Shown: positions 38,185 through 48,012 of the stretch, in pieces
Layout of the letters: each line of letters opens with the position of its first letter
Position numbering within the stretch: the stretch's first letter is position 1
DNA from: Sphingomicrobium sp.
Lineage (GTDB): Bacteria > Pseudomonadota > Alphaproteobacteria > Sphingomonadales > Sphingomonadaceae
Assembly (NCBI GenBank): GCA_035700945.1
Contig: DASSOE010000111.1
Span: forward strand, 16,603 to 80,602
DNA length: 64,000 nucleotides
Reading direction: 5' to 3'
Notes under the pieces: generated by a model
What the model saw: the letters and a program-made list of their open reading frames with translations, nothing else
What the model was told of the DNA's origin: nothing
The model's database searches: none
Translations under genes and position numbers: made by a program

Positions 38185-39065
38185 TCGCCGACGATCGCGC
38201 GCTCGTCGATCGTTTCCTCGACATGCTTTCGGCAGAAGCCGGCGCGTCAAAACACACGATCGCTGCCTATCGCAACGACCTCGAGCGGGCGGCGGAAACG
38301 CTCGGTGGGCTCGGCTCGGCGTCCGCCGGAGATGTTTCGCGCCTCGGGAGCAGCTGGGCGGAGCTCGCCCCGTCGACGGTCGCTCGGCGCTCGGCCGCGC
38401 TCAGGCGCTTCTTCGGCTTCCTGGTCGACGAAGGCCTGCGCCGGGACGATCCGTCGTCGGCCCTGCCGCGCCCGCGTTTCGAGCGGCCGCTGCCGCGAAT
38501 CCTCGACGAGGAAGAGGTCCGGCGCATGTTCGAGGCGGCGGAAGACCGCGCCGCGAGCGGCGAGGCAAACGCACTTCGCAACCTTGCCTTGCTGGAGCTG
38601 CTCTACGGTTCCGGCCTGCGCGCGAGCGAACTCGTCGGGCTGCCGCGCGGCGCCGTCCGCCCCGAGCAGCCGTTCCTGATGGTCCGTGGCAAAGGCGACA
38701 AGGATCGGCTCGTGCCCATCTCGACCCGGGCGCAGGCGGCCGTGGGCAAGTGGATGGAGCAAGTGCCGCGCGCCGCATTGTGGCTGTTCCCGAGCGGCAA
38801 ATCGCATTTGAGCCGCGTTCGGCTGTTCCAGATCGTGCGCGCGATGGCGACCGATGCGGGGTTGGCGCCCGAGCGCGTGAGCCCGCACGTGCTGCGCCAC
38901 GCCTTCGCGACGCACTTGCTGTCCGGCGGCGCGGACTTGCGGGTGCTGCAGTCGCTGCTCGGCCATGCCGATATCGCCACCACACAGATCTACACGCATG
39001 TCGACAGCGCGCGCTTGGTCGAGCTGGTGAACGCCCGCCACCCGCTGGCGACGCGCGGTCGTTGA
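38181..39065 (+). CDS. xerD: tyrosine recombinase XerD
   Basis: LLYGSGLRASE, GKGDK, HVLRHAFATHLL, LGHADIATTQIYTH (R-K-H-R-H-Y). Confidence 0.9.
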   Translation: MIADDRALVDRFLDMLSAEAGASKHTIAAYRNDLERAAETLGGLGSASAGDVSRLGSSWAELAPSTVARRSAALRRFFGFLVDEGLRRDDPSSALPRPRFERPLPRILDEEEVRRMFEAAEDRAASGEANALRNLALLELLYGSGLRASELVGLPRGAVRPEQPFLMVRGKGDKDRLVPISTRAQAAVGKWMEQVPRAALWLFPSGKSHLSRVRLFQIVRAMATDAGLAPERVSPHVLRHAFATHLLSGGADLRVLQSLLGHADIATTQIYTHVDSARLVELVNARHPLATRGR

Positions 39066-39100
39066 CCTCAACAGCAGCTTCGGCCTAGGCGCCGGCCTGG

Positions 39101-40042
39101 ATGTTGACGTACCTCGATTTCGAAAAGCCCATTGCCGAGCTCGAGGCCAAAGTTGCCGAGCTTCGCGAGACGGCGAGCGGCACGGACATCGATATCGAAG
39201 CCGAAGTCGGGCGGCTCGAGACCAAGGCCAACAAGCTGCTGCGCGACACCTACGCGAGGCTGACGCCGTGGCAGAAGGCCCAGGTCGCGCGGCATCCCGA
39301 GCGGCCGCACTTCAAGGATTATGTCGCCGGCATCGTCGACGATTTCCTCCCGCTTGCCGGCGACCGGTCGTTTGCGGACGATCCGGCAATCGTCGGCGGG
39401 CTCGGCCGGATCGACGGTCGCCGGGTCATGCTGATCGGCCACGAAAAGGGCGCTGATACGGCCTCCCGCCTGAGGCACAATTTCGGGATGGCCAAGCCGG
39501 AAGGCTATCGCAAGGCGATCCGCCTGATGAAGCTGGCGGATGAGTTCGGAATCCCGGTGGTGACGCTGGTCGACACTCCGGGCGCTTTCCCCGGCGTCGA
39601 GGCCGAAGAGCGGGGACAGGCCGAGGCGATCGCCCGGTCGACCGCGGAGTGCCTCGCGCTCAACGTGCCGATTGTCGCGGCCATCGTCGGGGAAGGCGGC
39701 TCCGGCGGTGCGGTTGCGATCGCGACTGCCAACCGCGTGCTGATGTTCGAGCATGCCGTCTATTCGGTCATCTCGCCGGAGGGCTGCGCTTCGATATTGT
39801 GGCGGACGGCGGACAAAGCGGCGGAAGCGGCGGAGGCGATGAAGATCACCGCGGCCGACCTGCAGGCGCTGGGCGTCGTCGATCGCATGGTCGAGGAGCC
39901 GCTCGGCGGAGCGCATCGCGATCCCGACGCCGCAATCGGTGCGCTGAAAGGGGCGCTGGTCGAGGAACTCGACGGCTGCGGGAAGCTTGGGCCGAAGGAA
40001 CTCCGCGCGCAGCGCCGCGCGAAGTACCTCGCGATCGGCTGA
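39101..40042 (+). CDS. accA: acetyl-CoA carboxylase carboxyltransferase alpha
   Basis: [43 protein letters not shown]. Confidence 0.97.
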   Translation: MLTYLDFEKPIAELEAKVAELRETASGTDIDIEAEVGRLETKANKLLRDTYARLTPWQKAQVARHPERPHFKDYVAGIVDDFLPLAGDRSFADDPAIVGGLGRIDGRRVMLIGHEKGADTASRLRHNFGMAKPEGYRKAIRLMKLADEFGIPVVTLVDTPGAFPGVEAEERGQAEAIARSTAECLALNVPIVAAIVGEGGSGGAVAIATANRVLMFEHAVYSVISPEGCASILWRTADKAAEAAEAMKITAADLQALGVVDRMVEEPLGGAHRDPDAAIGALKGALVEELDGCGKLGPKELRAQRRAKYLAIG

Positions 40043-40127
40043 AGCGGCTTCGCAACCGCATCAGTCATTCTCCGTTCAAATGCCGGGGCCATTGTTCTCG
40101 CCGCGATACGGAGGATTGAGGCAGAAA

Positions 40128-41588
40128 ATGCGAAATCGCGTCCTATTGCTGTTCGCCGGTGCTCTGGCGCTCACGCCCGCCGCCGCGCAGCAGGCCCGCT
40201 ATCTCGACCCGCGGGACGTCGCCGAAGCGCAACGGGACAATGCGCAGATCGTCGAAGAGCTTGGCGGAGCCGAAACCGGCCCGCGCGCCGCTTATGTCGA
40301 ATCGGTCGGCCGCCGCGTCGGCGCGTATTCGGGCATCGCGAGGCCGGGCCAGGCGTTGCATTTCACGACGCTCAACTCGGCGGTCGAGAACGCTTTCTCG
40401 GTGCCCGGCGGGTACGTCTACATCACGCGCCAGCTGATGACGCTCATGGACGACGAATCGCAGCTCGCCTTCGCGCTCGGCCACGAGGTCGGACATATCG
40501 CCGCAGACCATGCCCATCAGCGCGAGGCGGTCGAACGCGAGCTGACCTGGCGCGCGCTTCCCGAGATCCTGCTCGGCCAGATGATGGGCGGGTTCGGCAA
40601 CCAGATCGCGCTTCGGCGCGCGCTCGCGGTCAAGCTGCAGACGCTGAGCTTCTCGCGCGAGCAGGAATATGAGGCCGACACGCTCGGGATGCGCTACATG
40701 ATCGCCGCCGGCTACGATCCGGCCGGGGCGGCGCAGCTGCTGCAGTCGCTGAGCCGCGAAACGGCGCTTCAGTCGCGGGTCCAGGGACGCAAGAACCGGC
40801 GCATCCCGGAATGGGCGCTAACCCATCCGCTGAGCGAAAACCGCATGCAGCGCGCCATCCGGGAGGCGCGCGCCCTGGGCCGCCTCGGCACGGGACTTCA
40901 CAACCGCGACAGGTTCCTGAGCCAGCTCGAGGGCGTCTACGTCGACGACGATCCGGCACAGGGAATCATCGACGGGCCGGTGTTCACGCACCCGGATCTG
41001 CGCATTCAGTTCCGCGTCCCGGCCGGCTATCTGATGTCGAACGGCACTTATGCGGTGACGATCTCGGGCTCGGCGGGGAAGGCGCAGTTCAGCGGCGGGC
41101 GCGCCTCCGGATCGCTCGACGATTACGTGCTCAAGGTACTCCAGCAACTCATCCGCGGTCAGGGCGAGATCGCGGTTCCGCGGCCGCGGCACATCGATGT
41201 AAACGGCATGCCTGCCAGATATACCACGGCACGCGTCAACACCCAGTCGGGTGCGGTCGACGTCAGCGTGATGGCCTATCGCTGGGATCCGCAGCACATC
41301 TATCATTTCGCGATGCTGACGAAGGCGGGGACAGGGTTCGGGCCCTTCACGCCGATGGTCAATTCACTGCGCAAGCTTACGCGAGCGCAAGCGGCGGAGA
41401 TCCGTCCGCGGGTCATCCATGTGGTGACGGTCGCGCCCGGCGACACCCCGCAATCGCTGGCGAGCCGGATGGCCTATCGCAATTTCCAGCTGGAGCGCTT
41501 CCTCACGCTGAACAACCTTTCGGCCAACAGCAGGCTGCTGCCCGGCCGAAAGGTCAAGCTGGTGGTTTACGGCCCGCGGCGGGCCTGA
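40128..41588 (+). CDS. M48 (BepA/YfgC-like) metalloprotease with C-terminal LysM-like domain
   Basis: Signal peptide; NAFSVPGG, HEVGH, EYEAD, THP; VVTVAPGDTPQSLA. Confidence 0.85.
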   Translation: MRNRVLLLFAGALALTPAAAQQARYLDPRDVAEAQRDNAQIVEELGGAETGPRAAYVESVGRRVGAYSGIARPGQALHFTTLNSAVENAFSVPGGYVYITRQLMTLMDDESQLAFALGHEVGHIAADHAHQREAVERELTWRALPEILLGQMMGGFGNQIALRRALAVKLQTLSFSREQEYEADTLGMRYMIAAGYDPAGAAQLLQSLSRETALQSRVQGRKNRRIPEWALTHPLSENRMQRAIREARALGRLGTGLHNRDRFLSQLEGVYVDDDPAQGIIDGPVFTHPDLRIQFRVPAGYLMSNGTYAVTISGSAGKAQFSGGRASGSLDDYVLKVLQQLIRGQGEIAVPRPRHIDVNGMPARYTTARVNTQSGAVDVSVMAYRWDPQHIYHFAMLTKAGTGFGPFTPMVNSLRKLTRAQAAEIRPRVIHVVTVAPGDTPQSLASRMAYRNFQLERFLTLNNLSANSRLLPGRKVKLVVYGPRRA

Positions 41589-41598
41589 GCGGCGCGGC

Positions 41599-41781
41599 TC
41601 ACATCACGGAGCCGACGTTCGAGTTGATTCTGCCCCACATTCCGTTGGCGCCGCCGCCGAGCGCCTGAAGGCCGCCCATCATCGCAATGATGATGAGGGC
41701 GGCGATCAGCCCGTATTCGATAGCAGTTGCCCCGCGCTCGCTCGTGCCGAGCATGCGCAAGCACTTTCGGATAGCGACCAC
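41599..41781 (-). CDS. flp: Flp/PilA type IVb pilin
   Basis: G/ATAIEYGLIAALI prepilin motif; GTG start with GAGGAGG RBS. Confidence 0.9.
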   Translation of the reverse strand: MVAIRKCLRMLGTSERGATAIEYGLIAALIIIAMMGGLQALGGGANGMWGRINSNVGSVM

Positions 41782-41830
41782 GCCACCCTCCTCTGGTCCA
41801 CGTCCACGCGGCGGGTGTAAAGCGAGGCCG

Positions 41831-41860
41831 GTTAACAACTCTTACCCGCGCACAGTTAAC
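41831..41860 (-). promoter_or_regulatory. TTAA-rich pilin promoter, possible degenerate CtrA sites
   Basis: Two GTTAAC palindromes (41831-41836, 41855-41860); minus strand GGTA-N7-TTAACC. Confidence 0.3.
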
Positions 41861-41866
41861 GCGGCG

Positions 41867-42643
41867 TCATCTCTGTGCCGGCGTCCAGGCGGCGAAGTGG
41901 AGGATTTCGAAAGTTTCGATGGTCCGGCCATCTTCGGCGGCTTCTCCGAAGGCGCGAGCGGCAGCATCGCGCTGCGCGCGGGTGAGCGGCGGCGCCGCGG
42001 CAGCAAGGATGCTGGTCGCCCCCATCGCGCGCAGATCCGCGACGAGCCGCTCGAGCGACCGATAGGAAACCCGCGCGCGCTCGACGTCGACCACCGGCCT
42101 TGTGAAGCCCGCATGTTCGAGCAACGGCGCCAGCGCCGAGGCTTCGATGCGCGGATGGACGTGGGGCGCCGCAACGCCCGCGGCGGCGTCTGCGGCGCGC
42201 ATCGCTGCACGCAATCGCGGGAGCGTGTCACCGCCCGACATCGCTCCGATGAACAGTCCATCGGCGAGCATCGCATGGCGGACCAGCCGGAGCGCGAGCG
42301 GGAGCTCGTTGACGGTGTCGAGCGTGCCAATCGCCAGGACCAGGTCATAGGCTTGCGCGGGCGGCTCCCAGGCATCTTCCACGAGCGGTGAGCCTCCGCT
42401 CAGGGAGGCGAACAGCGGCCCCGGCTCGCGTACGTCGACGTGCTCGGCCAGGCCGCGGAGCCGCCGCGGCCACTCGGGGTCGGGACAGCCGATCAGCAGC
42501 GCTTTCCCGAAGCGCCGATCGTTCAGCGCGATCCGCTCGAGGGCATCGGCGAACACCCGTTCGAACAGGAAGAGCTCCGGTCCGGCGCGAGCCGCGCGGT
42601 CGCGGCGCATCGCGCGACGCGTTATGTCGAACAGTTCGGGCAT
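41867..42643 (-). CDS. SAM-dependent methyltransferase (NDUFAF5/BioC-like)
   Basis: LHTVN-like LDTVNELP, GGDTLPRLR, PHVHP, LVADLRAMG, ETFEILHFAAW; divergent from comF. Confidence 0.8.
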   Translation of the reverse strand: MPELFDITRRAMRRDRAARAGPELFLFERVFADALERIALNDRRFGKALLIGCPDPEWPRRLRGLAEHVDVREPGPLFASLSGGSPLVEDAWEPPAQAYDLVLAIGTLDTVNELPLALRLVRHAMLADGLFIGAMSGGDTLPRLRAAMRAADAAAGVAAPHVHPRIEASALAPLLEHAGFTRPVVDVERARVSYRSLERLVADLRAMGATSILAAAAPPLTRAQRDAAARAFGEAAEDGRTIETFEILHFAAWTPAQR

Positions 42644-42686
42644 CGGAGCGGCTTGTGCGATGCGCCGGGCCAAGCGACAAGAAGCA

Positions 42687-43427
42687 ATGGACCGGATTGG
42701 AGCCATTCTCAGGACCTGCGCGCATTCGGCGCTCGATTTCGCGCTGCCGCCGCGCTGCGCCGGATGCGGCACGATCGTCCCCCATGTCCACAGCTTCTGC
42801 GCCGAATGCTGGAAGACCATTCAATTCCTCGGCGACGGCGGCTGCGACACCTGCGGGCTCCCGCTCCAGGCGACCGAGCAGACGACCTGCGCGCGCTGCC
42901 TGGCGAGCCCGCCGCGGGTCGAGCGCAGCCGCGCCGCGGTCGCATATGACGAGCTGTCGCGCATGCTCGCGATTCGCCTCAAATACGGACGCAAGGTCGC
43001 GATCGCGAGGACCATGGCGCATTATATGGCGCCGCTGGTGAACCCACAGCCTGACTCGATCCTTGTTCCCGTCCCGCTCCATCGCACGCGGTTGTGGACG
43101 CGCGGCTTCAACCAGTCGGCGCTGGTCGCGCGCGAGCTGTCGCGGCGGCTGAAGATCGATGCCGATCCGATGCTCCTGCGGCGCACCCGGCGCACCCCGC
43201 CGCTCAAGGGGATGAGTCCGCTGCAGCGCCGCAAGACCGTGGCGGGCGCCTTTCAGGTCAAGGACAAGGCGTCGGTCGCCGGGAAGACGGTCATCCTGGT
43301 GGACGACGTGCTCACCACCGGCAGCACCGCCGAGGCCTGCGCCCGGGCGTTGAAACGGGCCGGCGCAGCCCGCGTCGAGCTCGTCAGCTGGGCGCGGGTG
43401 GTGAAACCTTCCCAATTGATGCGTTGA
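42687..43427 (+). CDS. comF: ComF family protein (double Zn ribbon + PRTase)
   Basis: CAGC/CAEC/CDTC/CARC, RGFNQS, ILVDDVLTTGST. Confidence 0.88.
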   Translation: MDRIGAILRTCAHSALDFALPPRCAGCGTIVPHVHSFCAECWKTIQFLGDGGCDTCGLPLQATEQTTCARCLASPPRVERSRAAVAYDELSRMLAIRLKYGRKVAIARTMAHYMAPLVNPQPDSILVPVPLHRTRLWTRGFNQSALVARELSRRLKIDADPMLLRRTRRTPPLKGMSPLQRRKTVAGAFQVKDKASVAGKTVILVDDVLTTGSTAEACARALKRAGAARVELVSWARVVKPSQLMR

Positions 43428-43464
43428 GCCGCATGCCTAAATATCGGTCTCACAGGAGCGGTCG

Positions 43465-43716
43465 GTGTCGATCGAAATCTATACCAAGACCTTTTGTCCC
43501 TATTGCTGGCGGGCCAAGGCGCTGCTCGAGGCCAAGGGCATCGCGTATCGCGAAATTTCAGTCGATTATGGCGGCGAGCTGCGCGAGCAGATGATCCAGC
43601 GCGCACGCGGCCGAACCACGGTCCCGCAAATCTTCATTCGTGAGCACCATGTCGGCGGCTGCGACGACCTCTTCGCCCTCGAACGCGACGGCCGGCTGGA
43701 TGATTTGATCTCATGA
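43465..43716 (+). CDS. grxC: glutaredoxin 3
   Basis: CPYC, TVPQIFI, GGCDDL. Confidence 0.93.
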   Translation: MSIEIYTKTFCPYCWRAKALLEAKGIAYREISVDYGGELREQMIQRARGRTTVPQIFIREHHVGGCDDLFALERDGRLDDLIS

Positions 43717-44540
43717 CCCGCATCGCGCTTTTCCAGTCGACCACCGGCATCGACCCGGCGGCCAGCCGCGCCGCGCTCGAACAGGCGATCGCCGCCGCGG
43801 CGCAGGGCGGCGCGGAAATGCTGTTCACGCCGGAGATGTCGGGCCTGCTCGACCGCGATTCGGCGCGCGCGGCGGCAAGCCTGCGCGATGAGGACGAGGA
43901 CGAGGTGCTGGCCGCGTGCCGCGAAGCCGCGCGGCGCCACCGCATCTGGCTTCACCTCGGCTCGCTCGCGGTGCTGGCCGAGGACGGCAAGGTCGCGAAC
44001 CGCGGCTTCGTGATTGACCGCGAAGGCGAGATTCGCGCCCGCTACGACAAGCTCCATCTGTTCGACGTCGACTTGCCGACCGGGGAAAGCTGGCGCGAAT
44101 CGAACGTCTATTCGGCCGGAAGCGGCGTCGTGCTGGTCAACGGCACGCCGGTCGGCAAGCTCGGTCTCACCATTTGCTATGACCTGCGCTTCCCCGGATT
44201 GTTCGCGCGGCTCGCTGAGGCGGACGCCGACATTATCGCGGTGCCGGCGGCGTTTACCGTCCCCACCGGCAAGGCGCATTGGCACATCCTCTTGCGTGCC
44301 CGGGCGATCGAGGCGGGGCTGTTCGTTGCCGCCGCCGCGCAGGTCGGGCGCCACGAGGATGGGCGACAGACCTTCGGTCATTCGCTGGTGGTGGACCCGT
44401 GGGGCGAGGTGCTTCTCGACATGGGCGAGGAGCGCGGCGTTGGATTTGCGGATATCGACCTCAGGCGAATCTCCGACGTGCGCGGGCGCATACCGGCGCT
44501 TAACCACCGCCGGCCTATTCCCGACGCCGTGATCCTATGA
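43713..44540 (+). CDS. carbon-nitrogen hydrolase (Nit1-like deaminated glutathione amidase)
   Basis: Triad E (FTPEM), K (YDKLHLFD), C (ICYDLRFP); ARAIE. Confidence 0.9.
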   Translation: MTRIALFQSTTGIDPAASRAALEQAIAAAAQGGAEMLFTPEMSGLLDRDSARAAASLRDEDEDEVLAACREAARRHRIWLHLGSLAVLAEDGKVANRGFVIDREGEIRARYDKLHLFDVDLPTGESWRESNVYSAGSGVVLVNGTPVGKLGLTICYDLRFPGLFARLAEADADIIAVPAAFTVPTGKAHWHILLRARAIEAGLFVAAAAQVGRHEDGRQTFGHSLVVDPWGEVLLDMGEERGVGFADIDLRRISDVRGRIPALNHRRPIPDAVIL

Positions 44541-44938
44541 TTGTTTTCGACCTGCAATGCCGCGACGGCGGCGAGACGTTCGAGGCCTGGTTCCGGTCCA
44601 ACGCCGACTATGAGGAGCAGAGCGGGGCCGGGCTGGTCGAATGTCCGTTCTGCCAGTCCGCGAACGTCGCCAAGGCGCCGATGGCGCCGCGCGTTCCGAG
44701 AAAGGGATCGGACAACCCGCTCGCGCGCCTCGCCGCGATGCAGGGGGAAATGCTCAAGGATTCGCGCTGGGTCGGGGACCGCTTCGCCGACACCGCGCGC
44801 GCCATCCACAGCGGCGAGATGGCGCCGCAGCAGGTGCACGGCAGCGCCACGCTGGAGCAGGCGAAATCGCTCGTCGAGGACGGCGTGCCCGTCGCCCCGC
44901 TGCCGCTGCCGGTGACGCCGCCGAACCAGGTCAATTGA
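44537..44938 (+). CDS. DUF1178 family protein
   Basis: IVFDLQC, FEAWF, CPFC, KAPMAP, VGDRFA. Confidence 0.85.
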   Translation: MIVFDLQCRDGGETFEAWFRSNADYEEQSGAGLVECPFCQSANVAKAPMAPRVPRKGSDNPLARLAAMQGEMLKDSRWVGDRFADTARAIHSGEMAPQQVHGSATLEQAKSLVEDGVPVAPLPLPVTPPNQVN

Positions 44939-44943
44939 GGCTG

Positions 44944-45030
44944 AAAACGTGATGCCCGGCATAGCCTAGCGCCGGGAGTGGGGCATTCGGCCGGGGAACG
45001 CTGCCGGGCATCACGCACGTCGACGATGGA
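44944..45030 (-). ncRNA. candidate small RNA (long hairpin with C-rich loop and U-tail)
   Basis: Minus strand TATAAT at 45042-45037; 14-bp perfect IR 44948-44961 / 45002-45015 followed by TTTT on the minus strand. Confidence 0.35.
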
Positions 45031-45185
45031 GCTGACATTATACTCTAGTGTTAAACTAGAGAATAGGATAGCCGTTCGACTCGCCTCGGAATTGCTGCGC
45101 TCTGCCGCCGCCGTTCCGGCGCGAAGCCAAGCCGGCTGCGGCGAATTGATTGGCGGAGACGCAGCCTCTATTCGGGACAAGGAGC

Positions 45186-45262
45186 GACCCCGTAGCTCAG
45201 CAGGATAGAGCATCAGATTCCTAATCTGAGGGCCACTGGTTCGAATCCAGTCGGGGTCGCCA
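45186..45262 (+). tRNA. tRNA-Arg (anticodon CCU)
   Basis: Acceptor GACCCCG/CGGGGTC, TAGCTCAG, anticodon arm TCAGA-TTCCTAA-TCTGA, GGTTCGAATCC, encoded CCA. Confidence 0.97.
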
Positions 45263-45281
45263 ACTTTGAAAGGGCAGGGAC

Positions 45282-45566
45282 ATGGCGACGATGCAGCCGC
45301 GGACGCAGGGCAATCCTGGCCTGATCGGCCGGCTGTTCGTCGAGCACCCCCGCTCGCTTGGGATGAGCTGGGCGGAGCACGGGATCGGCGCGGTCGCCAT
45401 CGGCGCGACGCTCGTCGCGGCGGGGATCGCCTGCCTCGTCCACGCGCTGGTGCCGGGCTGGTTCACGCAGACCGCCGGCAAGACCGTCACGCGCATCTAC
45501 GACCACATCCAGCAGCGCAAAGCCGGCGCGGCTAACCCGGAGAAGTGGCCTGACTACGAAATCTGA
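45282..45566 (+). CDS. DUF6356-like small membrane protein
   Basis: FVEHPRSLGMSWAEH...ACLVHALVPGWF pattern. Confidence 0.7.
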   Translation: MATMQPRTQGNPGLIGRLFVEHPRSLGMSWAEHGIGAVAIGATLVAAGIACLVHALVPGWFTQTAGKTVTRIYDHIQQRKAGAANPEKWPDYEI

Positions 45567-46875
45567 CCGGGCACTCCCGGTCGCGATTGTCGGAGGCGGC
45601 GCATCGGGCACGATCCTTGCCGTGCAGCTGGCACGCCGCGGCATCGGCTCCATGCTGATCGACGGCAGCGGCCGCGTCGGCCGCGGGGTCGCTTATTCAA
45701 CGACCGAGCCGGTGCACCTCCTCAATGTCCGCGCCGAAGGGATGAGCGCGGTGGCCGGGGAGCCGGACCATTTCGCAAACCGCTTCGCGGCCGAGGGCGG
45801 CGAGCCGCGCGGCTTTGCGCAGCGGCGGCTCTTCGGCCGCTATCTCGGCGAGCTCCTGAAGGATGCTGAAGCATCGGGGCACACGCATGTGGTGCATGCG
45901 TCGGCAGTCGGCGCCGAGCGCTCGGACGGAAGGTGGCGCATCGCGCTGAACGATGGTTCGGTAATCGACGCCGCCGCGGTTGCACTGGCGACCGGCAACC
46001 AGGAACCAGGCGGGCTGAGGGCATTCGAGGCGGCGGGTAAGCGGTACATCGCGAATCCGTGGGGCGGCGACGCCCGCGCGGCGGTCGAAGATCTGGCGGC
46101 GAGCGGCGGCGATGCCTTGCTCGTCGGCACCGGCCTGACCATGGTCGATCTTGTCCTGTCGCTCGACTCGGCCGGGCACCAGGGCACGATTCTCGCGCTA
46201 TCGCGGCGCGGGCAGGCGCCTCGGGCCCATGCGGACTTCGTGCCGGCACCGGTCGAAGCAAACGAGGTGCCGCAGGCGAGCCTGCGGGCGATGTGGCGCT
46301 GGCTTCGCCGGCGAAGCGCCGAAGTGGGCTGGCGCGCTGCCGTGGACAGCCTGCGGCCCTACAGCCACGCGCTGTGGCAAAGCCTCGACACGGGCGAGCA
46401 GGAACGGTTCCTGCGACATGCGCGGCCCTGGTGGGACGTCCACCGCCACCGGATCGCGCCCGAAGTGGCCGCAACTGTTGCCCGAACGATCGGCGAAGGG
46501 CGGCTGCGCGTGATGGCCGGACGGATAGTAGGCGCCGCCGAAACGCCCGACGGCATCGAGGTCGAGCTACGCAGCCGCGGCGCCGACGCATCCCGGCGCA
46601 TGACCTTCGCTTACGCGTTCAACTGCACCGGTCCGCTCCATTCGATCGGTCGGACGCGCGATCCGTTGCTGCGCTCTTTGCTCGAGAAAGGCGAGGCGCG
46701 GCCTGACCAGCTCGGCATTGGCCTCCAGGTCGATGCGCAGTCGCGGGCCGGGGAACGTTTGTGGGCGCTCGGGCCTCTAACCAAAGGACGATATTGGGAA
46801 ATCGTTGCGGTTCCCGATATCCGGGAGCAGGCGGCAGCGGTCGCCGCAGACATGGCGCGGGAGCTGGAGGCATGA
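45550..46875 (+). CDS. FAD/NAD(P)-binding oxidoreductase (COG4529-like); likely CTG start
   Basis: Rossmann [10 protein letters not shown] lies upstream of the first GTG; [36 protein letters not shown]. Confidence 0.8.
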   Translation: MTTKSDRALPVAIVGGGASGTILAVQLARRGIGSMLIDGSGRVGRGVAYSTTEPVHLLNVRAEGMSAVAGEPDHFANRFAAEGGEPRGFAQRRLFGRYLGELLKDAEASGHTHVVHASAVGAERSDGRWRIALNDGSVIDAAAVALATGNQEPGGLRAFEAAGKRYIANPWGGDARAAVEDLAASGGDALLVGTGLTMVDLVLSLDSAGHQGTILALSRRGQAPRAHADFVPAPVEANEVPQASLRAMWRWLRRRSAEVGWRAAVDSLRPYSHALWQSLDTGEQERFLRHARPWWDVHRHRIAPEVAATVARTIGEGRLRVMAGRIVGAAETPDGIEVELRSRGADASRRMTFAYAFNCTGPLHSIGRTRDPLLRSLLEKGEARPDQLGIGLQVDAQSRAGERLWALGPLTKGRYWEIVAVPDIREQAAAVAADMARELEA

Positions 46876-47495
46876 CTTCAACGGACCAGGGCGATCCCGA
46901 GAACGGGGACCTCGTCGAGGCCCCCGCCGATTACGAGATTCCGCCCGAAGTTGCCGAAGCCGTTCGGACGCTGATCCGCTGGGCGGGCGACGATCCCGAG
47001 CGGGAAGGCCTGCTCGATACCCCGCGCCGGGTCGCTCGCGCGTGGAAGGAATATGCCCACGGCTATCAGGAGGATCCGGCCCACCACCTCAGCCGCACGT
47101 TCGAGGAGGTCGGCGGCTATGACGAAATCGTGCTTCTGAAGGACATCCCGTTCCAGTCGCATTGCGAGCACCACATGGCGCCGATCATCGGCAAGGCCGC
47201 GATCGCCTACCTCCCGCGCGACAAGGTGGTCGGAATCAGCAAGCTCGCGCGCGTGCTCCACGGCTTTGCGCGGCGGCTACAGGTTCAGGAGCGGCTGACC
47301 GCGCAGGTCGCCGACACCATCTGGGAGCATCTGCAGCCGAAGGCGGTCGCCGTCGTGATCGAAGCGACTCACGCCTGCATGACGGCGCGCGGCGTGCGCA
47401 CCCCGGGCGTCATGATGACCACCAGCCGGATGATGGGCACCTTCCGCGAGGACGAACGAAGCCGCCGCGAAGTGCTCGCGCTGATGGGCTATTGA
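46872..47495 (+). CDS. folE: GTP cyclohydrolase I
   Basis: [35 protein letters not shown]; ATGA overlap. Confidence 0.95.
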   Translation: MTSTDQGDPENGDLVEAPADYEIPPEVAEAVRTLIRWAGDDPEREGLLDTPRRVARAWKEYAHGYQEDPAHHLSRTFEEVGGYDEIVLLKDIPFQSHCEHHMAPIIGKAAIAYLPRDKVVGISKLARVLHGFARRLQVQERLTAQVADTIWEHLQPKAVAVVIEATHACMTARGVRTPGVMMTTSRMMGTFREDERSRREVLALMGY

Positions 47496-47503
47496 TCGGG
47501 TAG

Positions 47504-47539
47504 AAAAGGGACAGTCCCTGGATGGGGACTGTCCCTTTT
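47504..47539. terminator. bidirectional terminator hairpin AAAAGGGACAGTCCC...GGGACTGTCCCTTTT
   Basis: 15-bp perfect IR between convergent folE and PA2169-like genes. Confidence 0.8.
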
Positions 47540-47547
47540 GGTTCTCG

Positions 47548-48012
47548 TTACGCGTGGGTTTCCATGCCGTGCTTGAGCTGGCTGATCTGGTCGTGGCCCT
47601 GGCGGACCGATTGATAGCAACGCTCGACGACCGAGCGGGAGTCGCCGCTCAGCGTGTCTGAGTTCAGCGCCGTCTCGAATTTCTCCTTGAGATAATCCTC
47701 GCCGCGCTCGACCTCGTTGATGATCGACTTGTCGTCGCCACCGGTGACCGCGGATTTGAGATCCTCGAAGCGCTGGTGGGTCTTGCCCATGAAGGAGCCG
47801 TCATCCTCGGGGTTGCCGCCGAGCCGGCGGACTTCGCTGCGCAGCTGCTCGACGACCTGCTGGCGCTCGTCGGCGCGCTGGCGGAAGATTTCGCGGAAGC
47901 GCTCGCTTTCGATGTCCTTGGCCGAATTCTCATAGCCGGTGATGCTGTCGATGGTGGTCGCGATCAGCGTGTTCAGCGTGCTGATCTCGGCCGAATGTTC
48001 ATGGTCAGTCAT
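47548..48012 (-). CDS. PA2169/DUF2383 ferritin-like four-helix stress protein
   Basis: LNTLIATTIDSITGY, VERGEDYLKEKF; start trimmed to MTDHEH with GGAG RBS. Confidence 0.85.
   Translation of the reverse strand: MTDHEHSAEISTLNTLIATTIDSITGYENSAKDIESERFREIFRQRADERQQVVEQLRSEVRRLGGNPEDDGSFMGKTHQRFEDLKSAVTGGDDKSIINEVERGEDYLKEKFETALNSDTLSGDSRSVVERCYQSVRQGHDQISQLKHGMETHA

Noticed and set aside
45029-45056. dif-like site (TGTTAAA core) near xerD
   Set aside because: Only the 7-nt core matches the XerD arm; the XerC arm does not match
45186-45300. tRNA-Arg as an integration site for an island
   Set aside because: No duplicated tRNA 3' end or integrase seen; the only tyrosine recombinase is xerD in its usual core context
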